Of a DNA stretch of 64,000 nt, positions 62,879 through 64,000 are shown piece by piece; within the stretch, counting starts at the first letter, position 1; each line of letters begins with the position of its first letter. A model generated the notes under the pieces. The model ran no database searches. It worked only from the letters and a program-made list of their open reading frames with translations, and was not told the origin of the DNA. The stretch is from Eledone cirrhosa (Eukaryota). A program made the position numbers and the translations under genes. The DNA lies in assembly GCA_964016885.1 (NCBI GenBank), contig OZ024744.1:9362001-9426000 (forward strand). Reading direction: 5' to 3'.

Positions 62879-64000
62879 CCTGTGTGTTGTATGTGGTCCT
62901 AGATGTATGTATTACCTGGTTATGTGTTGTATGTGGTCCTAGATGTGTTATTACCTGCTTGTAAGTTTCATGTGGTCCTAGATGTGTGTATTACTTGCTT
63001 GTGTGTTCTATGTAGTCCTAGATGTATGTATTACCTGCTGGTGTGTTGTATGTGGTCCTGGATGTATGTATTACCTGCTTGTGTGTTGTATGTGGTTCTA
63101 GAAGTATGTATTACCTGGTTATGTGTTGTATGTGGTCCTAGATGTATGTATTACCTGGTTATGTGTTGTATGTAGTCCTAGATGTATGTACTACCTGGTT
63201 ATGTGTTGTATGTGGTCCTAGATGTATGTATTACCTGGTTGTGTGTTCTATGTAGTCCTAGATGTATGTATTACCTGGTTATGTGTTGTATGTAGTCCTA
63301 GATGTGTGTATTACCTTGTTATGTGGTGTATGTAGTCCTAGATGTATGTATTACCTGCTTGTGTGTTGTATGTGGTCCTAGATGTATGTATTACTTGGTT
63401 ATGTGTTGTATGTGGTCCTAGATGTTGTTATAACCTGTCTGTTGTTGTATGTGGTCCTAGATGTGTTATTACCTGCTTGTATGTTATATGTGGTCCTAGA
63501 TGTGTGTATTACTTGCTTGTGTGTTCTATGTAGTTCTAGATGTATGTATTACTTGGTTATGTGTTGTATGTAGTCATAGATGTATGTATTACTTGGTTAT
63601 GTGTTGTATGTGGTCCTAGATGTGTGTATTACCTGCTTGTGTGTCCTAGATTATGTATTACCTGCTTGTGTGTTGTATGTGTTCCTATATGTGTGTATTA
63701 CCTGCTTGTGTGTTGTATGTAGTCCTAGATGTATGTATTACCTGCTTGTGTGTTGTATGTGGTCCTAGATGTATGTATTACCTGCTTGTGTGTTGTATGT
63801 AGTCATTGACGTATGTATTACCTGCTTGTGTGTTGTATGTAGTCCTAGATGTGTGTATTACCTGCTTGTGTGTTGTATGTGGCCCTAGATGTGTGTATTA
63901 CCTGCTTGTGTGTTGTATGTGGCCGTAGATGTGTGTATTACCTGGTTATGTGTTGTATGTAGTCCTAGATGTGTGTATTACCTGCTTGTATGTTGTATAT

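Larger units (their letters stand above)
1..64000 (+). repeat. Tandem satellite/minisatellite array of a ~40-bp monomer, ~1,600 copies in one orientation, open at both ends
   Basis: GATGTATGTA TTACCTGCTT GTGTGTTGTA TGTGGTCCTA recurs every ~40 bp from 11-50 to the end. The main variable sites are pos 6 (A/G), pos 18-21 (CTTG/GTTA/CCTG/GTTG) and pos 34 (G/A). No interruption by other sequence was seen. Confidence 0.99.

Noticed and set aside
12-63768. Many Cys/Val/Tyr-rich ORFs of 60-119 aa (MYVLPACVLYVVLDVCITCLCVVCGPRC...), superficially like metallothioneins or membrane peptides
   Set aside because: They are translations of the repeat. A 40-bp unit shifts the frame each time, and ORFs lengthen only where the TAG of CCTAG or GTAG is mutated or skipped by an indel. 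They overlap in several frames and have no unique sequence.
1-64000. CRISPR array
   Set aside because: There are no unique spacers, leader or cas genes. The units are contiguous copies of one monomer.
1-64000. Telomeric or telomerase-made repeat, suggested by the G/T strand bias
   Set aside because: There are no G-runs and the unit is 40 bp. Variants are inherited in kb-scale blocks, which points to DNA duplication rather than templated addition. A subtelomeric location cannot be excluded.
1-64000. Combinatorial code or antigenic-variation cassette library in the monomer variants
   Set aside because: The variant order is explained by nested duplications. There is no expression site, recombinase or preserved reading frame.
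1-64000. Absence of CpG as proof of methylation-driven decay
   Set aside because: The consensus simply lacks CpG, and its TpG richness is equally explained by a TG-microsatellite origin. Methylation cannot be inferred from this sequence.

Overview
The whole 64 kb window is one uninterrupted, head-to-tail array of a ~40-bp monomer, consensus GATGTRTGTATTACCTGSYTRTGTGTTGTATGTRGTCCTA (about 1,600 copies; the array continues past both edges). The commonest monomer is 40% GC and 72.5% G+T on the + strand, with no CpG. I found no unique sequence, inversion, transposon insertion, RNA gene, CRISPR spacer or credible protein-coding gene. Every ORF in the track is a translation of the repeat, whose frame shifts by one with each 40-bp unit. 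It looks like eukaryotic satellite or macro-minisatellite DNA, but I cannot identify the family or organism. The information lies in the rare monomer variants, which record the array's history. They show nested, non-periodic duplications with offsets of about 80, 120, 947, 1010, 1045, 2905, 5490-5529, 5996/7, 6351 and 6437 bp, and dispersed copies about 20 and 36-37 kb away. One 6-kb duplication has a junction that maps to a 46-bp identity tract ending in a shared rare variant. Stable length variants (25, 30, 39, 41, 45, 60 bp) mostly arose at internal microhomologies. I found no evidence of a new gene system, and functional ideas such as the recurring CAGGTAA motif or a UG-rich RNA are speculative.
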